A DNA stretch of 64,000 nucleotides from Candidatus Bathyarchaeia archaeon (GTDB lineage Bacteria; Patescibacteriota; Microgenomatia; PFEM01; JAFGMK01), in contig DATKWK010000035.1 of the NCBI GenBank assembly GCA_035529595.1, forward strand, positions 113,067 through 177,066, in the 5' to 3' direction. Position 1 is the stretch's first letter; the number at the start of each line of letters is the position of its first letter. A program made the translations under genes and the position numbers. Below the pieces are notes generated by a model that saw nothing but the letters and a program-made list of their open reading frames with translations, was not told where the DNA came from and did no database searches. This document shows positions 56,223 through 64,000 of the stretch, piece by piece.

Positions 56223-57167
56223 TTAAGCAGTTAAAATGTATTTTGATTCTTCCTTAATTGTTTCCATCGATGTAAAAACCGGTTTATAACCAATCTCTCT
56301 TGCCTTATTATATTTGGAATAGTAAATATCTTTTGAACCAGTCGCGCTAACATGTTTTAAAGCCCGGCTTACTTGATATTTCAAACCGTATTCTGATGAG
56401 AAGTAATCAAGGATTTCCTTTTTTTCAACTGGCCTAGCGCTGTTTATGTCAAAAGCGGCATTGATTTTTTTAAACTTCATACATCCTTTTATTGCCGAGT
56501 ACATATCTTTCGGATGTAGGTAATCGCGAACAAAGTCCTTATCAGTGGTAACAAACACTTTTTTCTTTAAAACACAATCCAGTAATTCAGTAATAAAATA
56601 ACTATCCGTCAAATCAATAAATCTACTAAAATAAGAAAAAACCCTAAGATCAACAATCCTCAAATAATCAAATGCCCTATGCTTCACCTCGGAGTTGAGT
56701 CTGCTAATAGAGTAATAATCTTCTTTAGCAACATGGTTCACCCGGATACTACTCATCGTGTTTTCCTCCGCCGGCATTGTAAATCCGCTACCATAAATAG
56801 CTCCACTACTGAAACTGATATAAAGAGCCTCAGGACAGCTGCTACGCAGACACTCAATAACCAGATTGTCATATTTTTCGGTTACCATAAAGTAATTAGT
56901 ATAATTACCCTGTAACTTATCTATAGGCCCCACGCCAACGCAGTTAATGATGATATCATAAGAAGATTTAATAAAATTCTCATAACCTTCATGAATAACA
57001 CAATTCTTATCAGGGGATTTCTTTATCGTGCCAAGAAAACGGCAGGCCTTGTCCGGCGATCTCGTATAGAGATGTAGGCTGAATTCTTCTCTCTCTAGAA
57101 AATTGTTAATCAATCCTTTGGCAATATGAGAAGTGGCGCCAAAAACAGCAATTTTTGCTTTTTTCAT
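56223..57167 (-). CDS. NAD(P)-dependent short-chain/extended SDR (sugar epimerase/reductase family)
   Basis: 314 aa. N-terminal Rossmann 'KIAVFGATSHIAKGLINNF'. Confidence 0.6.
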   Translation of the reverse strand: MKKAKIAVFGATSHIAKGLINNFLEREEFSLHLYTRSPDKACRFLGTIKKSPDKNCVIHEGYENFIKSSYDIIINCVGVGPIDKLQGNYTNYFMVTEKYDNLVIECLRSSCPEALYISFSSGAIYGSGFTMPAEENTMSSIRVNHVAKEDYYSISRLNSEVKHRAFDYLRIVDLRVFSYFSRFIDLTDSYFITELLDCVLKKKVFVTTDKDFVRDYLHPKDMYSAIKGCMKFKKINAAFDINSARPVEKKEILDYFSSEYGLKYQVSRALKHVSATGSKDIYYSKYNKAREIGYKPVFTSMETIKEESKYILTA

Positions 57168-58183
57168 GTCTCATAAAACTTTTTAAGCCGCTCGGCATCA
57201 TCATTTAAAACATCCTCCGGGAATAATCGATACTTAATTAAATCACAGTTTGGACATATCTTGGGCATCTGGGAAACGCCGTCAAGCATCCGGCGCCTAA
57301 AACTTTGAAATTTTTTTCCATTCCATATCTTAACCACTGATTCTTCATGACAATCACCTAAAATCTCAGGATATTCAAAAGAATAACAGGGAACAATTTT
57401 GCCATCCGGATTAATCTGAAAGTGAAAAAAAGGCTGGGGACAAATTTTGACTTCTGAAACCGGCAATCCAAACTGGGTAAAAGACATCTTTTTACCCTTG
57501 ATTATTTTCTCATAGTCCACGTTTGAGTGAATCGGCACCATATGTTCGATGGCAATCGTATCGCAAAGATCGCCAAAAATTTTATAAAACTTCTTTTCAT
57601 CGTCCTTGCCCTGCAAAGCGCAATCGATGATTTTAATATACATTTGGGTATCGCCTTTATTTTCAAAAAAGTAGCGCAGGTTCTTGACAAATTCTTCAAA
57701 ATCGATGTCTGTTTGACAGACCTCTTTATATTTTTCTTTGGTCGTTCCCTGCAAGGAGACAACCAATCTTGTCAGTCCGGCGGAAATAAGTGAGTCTGAC
57801 ATTTTAGGCGTCAAAAGCGAAGCGTTGGTTAACATTTCGACTGTCCTGGCGATCTTTTTGGAAGCGGTATAGGCAACCATCTCTGCGATATTGGGGTGCA
57901 AGAGTGGTTCGCCGATTCCCACAAAACGAACCACTTTTATCTTGTTTGGAAACTTGGCCATATCATCAACGCATTTTTTATACAAACCAAGATCCATGAC
58001 CACTTTATCGGAAATAAAACCCCGCTTATTCTTGTCTAAATGAAAAATGCAATAATTACACTTAAAATTACAGGCATAAATGGGAAATATCTGAACCACA
58101 AATGGCGTCGCCAGGGGAAGAACAGCCGCCAGTCTTGTTCTTTTTCCCCCGGGTGCTTGTCCGCTAATATCTGTGGCTTTCAT
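57164..58183 (-). CDS. radical SAM enzyme with C-terminal SPASM/twitch-like Cys-rich domain
   Basis: 339 aa. 'IFPIYACNFKCNYC' (CxxxCxxC), 'VGIGEPLL', C-terminal Cys cluster 'ICPQPFF…VPCYS…CPNC'. Confidence 0.75.
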   Translation of the reverse strand: MKATDISGQAPGGKRTRLAAVLPLATPFVVQIFPIYACNFKCNYCIFHLDKNKRGFISDKVVMDLGLYKKCVDDMAKFPNKIKVVRFVGIGEPLLHPNIAEMVAYTASKKIARTVEMLTNASLLTPKMSDSLISAGLTRLVVSLQGTTKEKYKEVCQTDIDFEEFVKNLRYFFENKGDTQMYIKIIDCALQGKDDEKKFYKIFGDLCDTIAIEHMVPIHSNVDYEKIIKGKKMSFTQFGLPVSEVKICPQPFFHFQINPDGKIVPCYSFEYPEILGDCHEESVVKIWNGKKFQSFRRRMLDGVSQMPKICPNCDLIKYRLFPEDVLNDDAERLKKFYET

Positions 58184-58674
58184 ATAAGGTCTTTATAAAC
58201 ATGATGACACCCCAGTAAATTACGAGGGCATGATCCATGCCATTTGAGATAACCAGGATCGGTTTCCTTCAGGCCCCTGTTAATGGGAATAAATGTCCTT
58301 GTCAGAAAGCACTTGAATAAAATCGAAACAAAATGACTTCTGACATCCCGCTTGTGATTAATAAATTGATTAACGGCGATTGGGATAGGGTCAAAACTTA
58401 CCTCAACCCCTACTTCTGCTTGGGCGACTTTTTTGAGCCTTGTCTCCAGAGTTTCTTTATACCTCACAATCCCCCCCGGAAGATGCCAGCCTTGCCCTGA
58501 CAACTGGTCGTCTCTCCACGATAAAAGAGTCTGCCCATCCTCATCTTTTATCAAAAGATCAACATTCACCAATGGGGTAAGGCCACTGATAAAAAAAAAT
58601 ACTTCTTCAGGCAAACTTTTTTTTCGATTGGGAATTTTTTTGTTAAGAAAAGCAATCGCTTCGGTAATATTCAT
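58180..58674 (-). CDS. NUDIX-like hydrolase (degenerate Nudix box)
   Basis: 164 aa. 'GWHLPGGIVRYKETLETRLKKVAQAEVGVEV' approximates GX5EX7REUXEEXGU with substitutions. Confidence 0.4.
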   Translation of the reverse strand: MNITEAIAFLNKKIPNRKKSLPEEVFFFISGLTPLVNVDLLIKDEDGQTLLSWRDDQLSGQGWHLPGGIVRYKETLETRLKKVAQAEVGVEVSFDPIPIAVNQFINHKRDVRSHFVSILFKCFLTRTFIPINRGLKETDPGYLKWHGSCPRNLLGCHHVYKDLI

Positions 58675-59771
58675 GATTGGAACAGTCTTTTGTCTTTGTT
58701 AAATGGTTTTTTTGTTTTATCTTTAGCTGTAAAAACCTTAGACCAGTGAACCGGAAGGGGTTTACCATAAGTCTTTTTAGCGATATAATTTTTAATAAAA
58801 TCTCTATCTTCGGCAATCTGACAAGTTTCAACCCGCTCGCCGAAGTATTTAATACTAAACCCTCTTTCAATAATATCTTTTAGCGGTTCTTCAAAGACAT
58901 TACCAATCGAGACATATATGTATGGACAAGGCAGAACATCCCCATATTGGGTAACGGAAAACATGCCTTTAACGGCAATACAACCCATATTAAGACCATA
59001 GGCCGGGGTTAAATGAGTAAAAACCTTGTATTTTTTTTCAAGCTCTTCCATGTATTTCATATCTTTTTTATCAATCAGGTTGTCAAAATTCCCTTCCCAA
59101 GCCCCAACCGGCTTGGCATAGCTCACAAAAATCCCAATGTCTCTCTTATCAAAATATTTAATAAAGTTAACAAACTCATCTGAGTAAAGCCTTTGTTTCC
59201 AAACTACGGTTTGGATAAAAATGCCTAAACCAGCCTTTAGGGCGGCATCAATTGACTTTACTGCCCTCGCATGAGCACCAGGCATTCTCCTAAACGCATC
59301 ATGCTCCTCGGCGTTAAGACTATCGATGCTCAACTGGACCCTATCCACCCCAATGCTTTTTAAATGCCTGGCTTTTTTCTCGTCCAAAAACCAGCCGTTA
59401 GTATCAGAGTTGATGTAAAACTTTTGTGGATTAATAGCAGCAACCAATTCGTCAAAATCTTTAAATACGAGCGGTTCACCCCCGGTGATCGTTACCCGCG
59501 CCAAGCCTAGTTCGTCTGCTTGTTGAAAAAGATTTTTAACATCAGAAATGGTCAATGACCGCTTATTTTGCTTACCCTGCATTGTTTTAATCGAACAATG
59601 CTGACAACGAAAGTTACAGGTGTAGTTATATTGAAGTTGAATAATGGCAATGCTTTCTCCTCTTTTGAGTTTTTCATCAAACTTCATAATCTTCTCATAG
59701 ACCAAAGGTTTTTCTTCTTTGAGTTTGTTTCTTCTGCTCTTTTCCTCGGGTTTTATCTTTTTCTTGGCCAT
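58671..59771 (-). CDS. radical SAM enzyme (SPASM/twitch-type auxiliary Cys)
   Basis: 366 aa. 'QLQYNYTCNFRCQHC' (CxxxCxxC), 'VTITGGEPL', later Cys 'MGCIAV…LPCPY…ETCQ'. Confidence 0.7.
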   Translation of the reverse strand: MAKKKIKPEEKSRRNKLKEEKPLVYEKIMKFDEKLKRGESIAIIQLQYNYTCNFRCQHCSIKTMQGKQNKRSLTISDVKNLFQQADELGLARVTITGGEPLVFKDFDELVAAINPQKFYINSDTNGWFLDEKKARHLKSIGVDRVQLSIDSLNAEEHDAFRRMPGAHARAVKSIDAALKAGLGIFIQTVVWKQRLYSDEFVNFIKYFDKRDIGIFVSYAKPVGAWEGNFDNLIDKKDMKYMEELEKKYKVFTHLTPAYGLNMGCIAVKGMFSVTQYGDVLPCPYIYVSIGNVFEEPLKDIIERGFSIKYFGERVETCQIAEDRDFIKNYIAKKTYGKPLPVHWSKVFTAKDKTKKPFNKDKRLFQS

Positions 59772-59785
59772 GATATTTTTTGATA

Positions 59786-60958
59786 TTATCTCATAGTAAT
59801 AATTTCATTATTGAGCCCCATCTTTTCTATCTCTTTTAAGATTTCATCGCTGTATAAAGCAGCACAAATAACAATGACGCCATTAAATGATTTTAGCCTG
59901 TCTGGTGAACAAAAAATAGGGACCCCTTTTATTTTCATTCCTTGTTTTTTATCGTCTTTATCAATAAAAAAGGCAATCTTGCATTTGCCAAGAGAAGTAT
60001 TATTGATAAGCCGCATCGTATAGGACCCTGCTCCCCAAATAGCAATCTCCTGTTGTGACTTAGCAATCCTGTCTATTTTGGGCCATTTATCCTGACGACG
60101 TGATTTCTTAATATAGGAAACAATTGAATCTCTAACTTTGAAACTGGGAGCGATCCTTTCGGGTGGCTTTTTTGGGGTTCTTTTTTGGTAAAGAGTATAA
60201 ACGGCTGGATAGAGTTTATTAGACACATGACTTTCTTTTTTTGCAAATTCCACCAAATCAAGATTTTTTTGAAGAAATAAATTGTTGAGAGAATTTTCGT
60301 CAAAATGGTTAATATGCTCGCAATCAAAATAATGAAAAGGGACGAGGTAATATTTTGTATAGCGTGATGCGTCCGGCACTTCAATATACAATATCCCGTT
60401 TTCATTTAGTTTACCGACGATATTATCAGCGGCTACTTGCAAGTCACAGATATGTTCCAGAACATGAGAAAGAATAATGCAGTCAAATTTCTGTCGGGGA
60501 ATCGCGGAGCGAATGGTAAAAAGCTCTCCCTCAAAAGCATTTATGCCCTCTTGAACATTCTCGACACACTTTCGAGACGGATCTAATCCATTTAAGTTCT
60601 TATACCCTAATTTTTTGAATTCGGTTAATAATTCGCCGTTCGCGCAGCCAATATCCAGTATTGAAGCGTTTTTGTTCTCTAAACGATTTGATATCGGCGT
60701 TAATTTGCTTAAGTTCCATTTCGTGGTCGTTTTTGTCGCACCACTAAATTCATATTTTGAAAATTCTTGATAAAACTTATTGTAATCTCGCTGGCGGGCG
60801 GGCGTATCGGCGTAAACAAAGCCGCATTTTTGGCAACAAACAACATCATATTCTTCTGGCAAAGGATAGTTTTCGGGTATCGCAAAAAATTGATGATGAA
60901 GTATTTGGCCAGACTTATTAAAGCATATCGGGCATTTCCTAACCAATTTTTTAATCAC
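59786..60958 (-). CDS. NDP-sugar C-methyltransferase (TylC3/EryBIII-type: N-terminal Zn-ribbon + class I SAM MTase + C-methyltransferase C-terminal domain)
   Basis: 390 aa. 'CPICFNKSG…PLPEEYDVVCCQKCGFVY' Zn-binding domain, motif I 'ILDIGCANGEL', C-terminal Rossmann-like 'IAIWGAGSYTMRLI'. Confidence 0.65.
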   Translation of the reverse strand: MIKKLVRKCPICFNKSGQILHHQFFAIPENYPLPEEYDVVCCQKCGFVYADTPARQRDYNKFYQEFSKYEFSGATKTTTKWNLSKLTPISNRLENKNASILDIGCANGELLTEFKKLGYKNLNGLDPSRKCVENVQEGINAFEGELFTIRSAIPRQKFDCIILSHVLEHICDLQVAADNIVGKLNENGILYIEVPDASRYTKYYLVPFHYFDCEHINHFDENSLNNLFLQKNLDLVEFAKKESHVSNKLYPAVYTLYQKRTPKKPPERIAPSFKVRDSIVSYIKKSRRQDKWPKIDRIAKSQQEIAIWGAGSYTMRLINNTSLGKCKIAFFIDKDDKKQGMKIKGVPIFCSPDRLKSFNGVIVICAALYSDEILKEIEKMGLNNEIITMR

Positions 60959-61952
60959 GTGGAAAAGTTTTTATATTTTTTAACCGCTCTATAATCTTTT
61001 CTGCATACTGATCAATATTATCAAGTTCGCAATAGTCGTTCATTGTACATTGTTTGCAGGGTTCAATTTTATCTTTGCTTCCCATCAAATGGGCAATCTG
61101 CAACCCTCTTAACTTTTTACCATTCCAAATTTCTAAAAGTGAGCTTTTGTTGGCGTCACCGATGATGTTTATCCTTCTCCAATCGACGCAACAAGGAACA
61201 ACTTGGCCGTCTGCTTGAATTTGAAAACCCTTAAACATTTGAGCGCAAACTTGTCGCTTGACCACCTTCCCTCCGTACCTGAACTCACTACTGGAGTAAG
61301 GACCATCAAATTCAGGCCACATAGAAACTAATTTTTCAATGTATATTTCGTCACAGCTGTCACCAAATAAATCTAAAAATTTTCTTTTTTTACTTTTTGA
61401 GGGAACCGCTTGATGATGAATCTTAACATGAATAATGCAATCACCGCTGCCAGCGTGCAAAGCGCGAATATTTTTCAATAATTTTTCAAAATCTATCTTG
61501 ACATTGGAGATACGCTTATACTCCTGGGCCGATAATCCTTCAATAGAAAAAATTATTCTATCAGCAAAACGCGGCAGATTTTTAATCAAATCAGGATTAA
61601 GCAGAGTTCCGTTACTGATCAACTCTATCCTTTCAATAAGTTTTTTTTCCTTTGCATACTGCAGTATTCCCACAATGTTCTTGCTCATTAAGGGTTCGCC
61701 ATTGCCACAAACGCGCAGTACCTTAATTTTATCGGGAAATTCAGACAAATCATCGATTAGCTTTTTAAGAAGCTCAAGAGACATAAAATCTCTTTTGAAA
61801 GCCTTGTCGCCACTTGTTTGGGGACAAAACGCACATTTCAAATTGCAATAGCCTGATGGCTCAATGTAAACAACAAACGGAGTAGTCAGAGGAATATGCT
61901 TTCCCAATACTAGCCGTTCGTGACGTGTTTGAGATACTAATTTCGCCTTCAT
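60951..61952 (-). CDS. radical SAM enzyme with SPASM domain (paralog of 57164..58183)
   Basis: 333 aa. 'YIEPSGYCNLKCAFC', 'CGNGEPLM', C-terminal 'VCAQMF…VPCCVDW…CKQCTMNDYC'. Collinear similarity to the 339-aa radical SAM protein. Confidence 0.75.
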   Translation of the reverse strand: MKAKLVSQTRHERLVLGKHIPLTTPFVVYIEPSGYCNLKCAFCPQTSGDKAFKRDFMSLELLKKLIDDLSEFPDKIKVLRVCGNGEPLMSKNIVGILQYAKEKKLIERIELISNGTLLNPDLIKNLPRFADRIIFSIEGLSAQEYKRISNVKIDFEKLLKNIRALHAGSGDCIIHVKIHHQAVPSKSKKRKFLDLFGDSCDEIYIEKLVSMWPEFDGPYSSSEFRYGGKVVKRQVCAQMFKGFQIQADGQVVPCCVDWRRINIIGDANKSSLLEIWNGKKLRGLQIAHLMGSKDKIEPCKQCTMNDYCELDNIDQYAEKIIERLKNIKTFPRD

Positions 61953-62016
61953 AAAATGATTTCAAATATATTTTTTTAGCATTATAGTATACCTGTCTAT
62001 GTTTATCAAGATTTTT

Positions 62017-63549
62017 TTAATCTATCCAATAGGTAATATACGTTTTCCTATTCTTATTTTTCCCAATCTTCTCATCTTCATAAAAAGAATCTTTTACATA
62101 GTGAGTTGAAGAAACCTCCTCGAATACCCCATCAGTTTTAGCTTTCATGCTATGCTTCACTTTCCGCTTTACTGTCACGATATCACCTGCTTTATAATTT
62201 TTTTCCTTACCATTTAAAGTAATTACGAACTTACCACCAAGAATATAAAAAGTCTCTTCTTTCTTTTTATGATATTGTGCCGGATGCTTCTGGTTCGAAA
62301 ACATAACAATTAATTTTTTGCAGTATTCTCGATTAACGCAATCTATCAAAATCCCGCCATATTGATAAAATTTCTCAAGTCCATAATGATAAGAGATTGA
62401 AAAATCAGTTTTTTGAGGAATCGCAATTTTATATTTTTTCAAAATTTTATCAGCTTTCTCCACTATTGAATAAATCTTTTTTCTAATATTTACTTTTTTA
62501 ACATCAATAATCGCTTCATTCTTTTTAATTTGTTTATTAGCATAAAAGTGAGTATATTTAGACATATCATTGGCTAAAACTTGATCCTCTTGATTAGGAA
62601 AGGCAAAAAAAACATCCTTAATATCAATAAGCTCGCCTTTTTTAATTTCCTTTTTGGCAAAAACCCCTCTTTTAAATTGCCTCAGGTCAGCCAACTCTTT
62701 TTTAGTAAATTCAGCTCTCTGATCTGTAAGTCCACTCATTTTTAGAGCCTCTTCAGCCGATTTTAGCCATTTTTTAGTTTGATTCGGAGTGGCTGAATAA
62801 GCATTGATGTTAAATTTTTTTGTTTTAACCGCTACGTGCTTTTCTAAAATCCTTGCCCCCTTAGCGATTGCCAATTTAACCGCTTCGAAACTATTCGGAT
62901 CTTCATGAGTTGAAAAACCAATCACCACCCCCGAATATCTCTTCCTAAGCATATCTATTTGGCCAAGCTGTAAATTTTCTTCTCCTGTTGGGTATTCGCC
63001 CACACAATGCATTAGGGCAAACCGTTTCTTCCGGTTTTGAAAAAAACTTACCACTTTATCTATATCTTCAAGCTCTACGCCTGCTGTCGAAGCAATAATT
63101 GGTTTCTTGGTTTTAACAATTCTCTCAAGCAATGGCCAATCATTAAAAGAACAACTGCCAATTTTGACAATATCAAAATTTAAGGCTTCAATCCTATCAA
63201 CTGATTTCTCATCAAAAGGGGTACAAACGGAAATAAAGCCTAATTTATCAAGTTCGTTTTTTAAAGTTTTCCATTCTTTTTCTGAAAGATCTGTTTCCGA
63301 AAATCGCTTTACATATTTGATATCCATCCTTTTTTGATAATCAGGATGAATAAAGCTGGGAATATCACGAAATTGAAACTTAAAAGCAAAATTAAAATCA
63401 AACTCTTGGGCCACCTTATAAAAACTTCTGATTACTCCTAAACCATGTTCAACACTGCCCATATGATTATTAGCCAATTCAAAAATAAACAGCGGTTTCT
63501 CTTTCCTTGATAGCTCAAAGTCAAACAAATTTTTAAGCTTCAATTTCAT
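62017..63549 (-). CDS. NeuB-family (sialic/nonulosonic or ulosonic acid synthase-like) PEP-condensing enzyme with SAF domain and an extra C-terminal cupin-like domain
   Basis: 510 aa. 'LFIFELANNHMGSVEHGLGVIRSFYKVAQEFDFNFAFKFQ' matches the NeuB TIM-barrel N-terminus. SAF-like 'GELIDIKDV'. C-terminal 'FYILGGKFVITLNGKEKNYKAGDIVTV' is a cupin-like beta-barrel. Confidence 0.75.
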   Translation of the reverse strand: MKLKLKNLFDFELSRKEKPLFIFELANNHMGSVEHGLGVIRSFYKVAQEFDFNFAFKFQFRDIPSFIHPDYQKRMDIKYVKRFSETDLSEKEWKTLKNELDKLGFISVCTPFDEKSVDRIEALNFDIVKIGSCSFNDWPLLERIVKTKKPIIASTAGVELEDIDKVVSFFQNRKKRFALMHCVGEYPTGEENLQLGQIDMLRKRYSGVVIGFSTHEDPNSFEAVKLAIAKGARILEKHVAVKTKKFNINAYSATPNQTKKWLKSAEEALKMSGLTDQRAEFTKKELADLRQFKRGVFAKKEIKKGELIDIKDVFFAFPNQEDQVLANDMSKYTHFYANKQIKKNEAIIDVKKVNIRKKIYSIVEKADKILKKYKIAIPQKTDFSISYHYGLEKFYQYGGILIDCVNREYCKKLIVMFSNQKHPAQYHKKKEETFYILGGKFVITLNGKEKNYKAGDIVTVKRKVKHSMKAKTDGVFEEVSSTHYVKDSFYEDEKIGKNKNRKTYITYWID

Positions 63550-63561
63550 TTACCTCTATTT

Positions 63562-64000
63562 TTAAACAAAGCTATAAACTTTTGTATACCATTTAATTGT
63601 TTTTTGCAATCCCCTTTCCAGGTTGTATTTTGCCCTCCATCCCAAAATCTTTTTGGCTTTTTGGGAAGATAAGTATTGATCTCTTATCTCCGCCTTAGCT
63701 TGATTAACTATTTTATAGTTTGACTCCTGACCACAAAGTTTATAAATAGCGCTTACTAACTTTAAGACAGAAACTGGTTTTTCGTTACTAAAATTAAAAG
63801 CCTGGCCATAAAGACCAAGTTTTTTCATTTTGGAGGCTAACAGAAGATAGCCTTCTACCACATCTTTAACATAAATATAGTCACGGGTAAACTTACCATC
63901 GCTGCGGATTAAGAGCGTTTCTCCAGCCAGCGCTTTTCGAACCGTGTCCGGAACAATCCGAGAGAAATGGTGGTCTCCCGGACCAAAAATATTCCCGCAA
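63562..64000 (-). CDS. rfbG: CDP-glucose 4,6-dehydratase (extended SDR), N-terminus beyond window end
   Basis: The track shows only a GTG-initiated fragment (63562..63861), but the frame stays open to 64000. 'GNIFGPGDHHFSRIVPDTVRKALAGETLLIRSDGKFTRDYIYVKDVVEGYLLLASKM' parallels the RfbG region 'GNVIGGGDWA.DRI(V/I)PD…IRNP…RPWQHVLEPLSGYLLLA'. Confidence 0.7.
   Translation of the reverse strand, partial: CGNIFGPGDHHFSRIVPDTVRKALAGETLLIRSDGKFTRDYIYVKDVVEGYLLLASKMKKLGLYGQAFNFSNEKPVSVLKLVSAIYKLCGQESNYKIVNQAKAEIRDQYLSSQKAKKILGWRAKYNLERGLQKTIKWYTKVYSFV

Noticed and set aside
61435-61851. 138-aa plus-strand ORF
   Set aside because: It lies antisense inside the radical SAM gene 60951..61952, which carries the CxxxCxxC and SPASM motifs.
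1-64000. Mobile elements or prophage
   Set aside because: No transposase, integrase, recombinase or phage structural motifs were seen. No terminal inverted repeats or tRNA-flanked island were found. The AT-rich glycan locus may be horizontally acquired, but it carries no recognisable mobility genes.

Overview
This window comes from a low-GC, bacterial-type genome with compact, overlapping genes. It may be an uncultivated CPR/Patescibacteria-like or Firmicutes-like monoderm. That lineage call is inference from gene content (FemX, Wzy/Wzx, recO-glyQS synteny) and AT-richness. All but two real genes are on the minus strand.

Positions 1-19,955 hold a non-canonical dcw (division/cell-wall) cluster, all on the minus strand:
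- Order, reading the minus strand from high to low coordinates: mraZ-rsmH-ftsL-ftsI-murE-pgeF-murC-(FAD oxidoreductase)-murA-(alpha/beta hydrolase)-murF-degT-femX-dgkA-mraY, with ftsW truncated at the window start.
- The MurF copy carries a ~200-aa N-terminal polytopic membrane domain.
- The cluster is interrupted by a plus-strand pair: a PP-loop ATPase overlapping a MurD-family ligase. I read this as a possible MurD2/MurL-type alternative D-Glu route (hypothesis).

Positions 19,956-24,703 hold housekeeping genes: glycyl-tRNA synthetase (alpha2 type), recO and two hypothetical exported proteins.

Positions 24,714-51,525 hold a large surface-polysaccharide or glycosylation locus:
- a PglC/WbaP-type initiating phosphoglycosyltransferase, a ManC-like nucleotidyltransferase, six GT1 and two GT2 glycosyltransferases;
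- four paralogous ArnT/PMT-like GT-C membrane enzymes, a Wzy/O-antigen-ligase-like protein, a Wzx flippase and an acetyltransferase;
- several unknown membrane proteins, including one 1,117-aa giant.
- Two genes in this locus carry 7-bp x4 tandem repeats inside the coding sequence.

Positions 51,507-64,000 hold a tightly packed operon that I consider the most novel part of the window:
- CDP-glucose 4,6-dehydratase (partial at the window end);
- a NeuB-family synthase with a fused C-terminal cupin-like domain;
- three paralogous radical-SAM/SPASM enzymes;
- a TylC3-type sugar C-methyltransferase, a NUDIX-like protein, an SDR and a HAD phosphatase;
- a YerE/acetolactate-synthase-like ThDP enzyme, and an unmistakable CDP-4-keto-6-deoxyglucose 3-dehydrase E1 (exact C-X57-C-X1-C-X7-C Fe-S motif and HH in place of the PLP lysine).
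- Together these suggest biosynthesis of an unusual doubly branched 3,6-dideoxy or higher-carbon sugar.

I recognised no rRNA, tRNA, CRISPR array or mobile-element gene.
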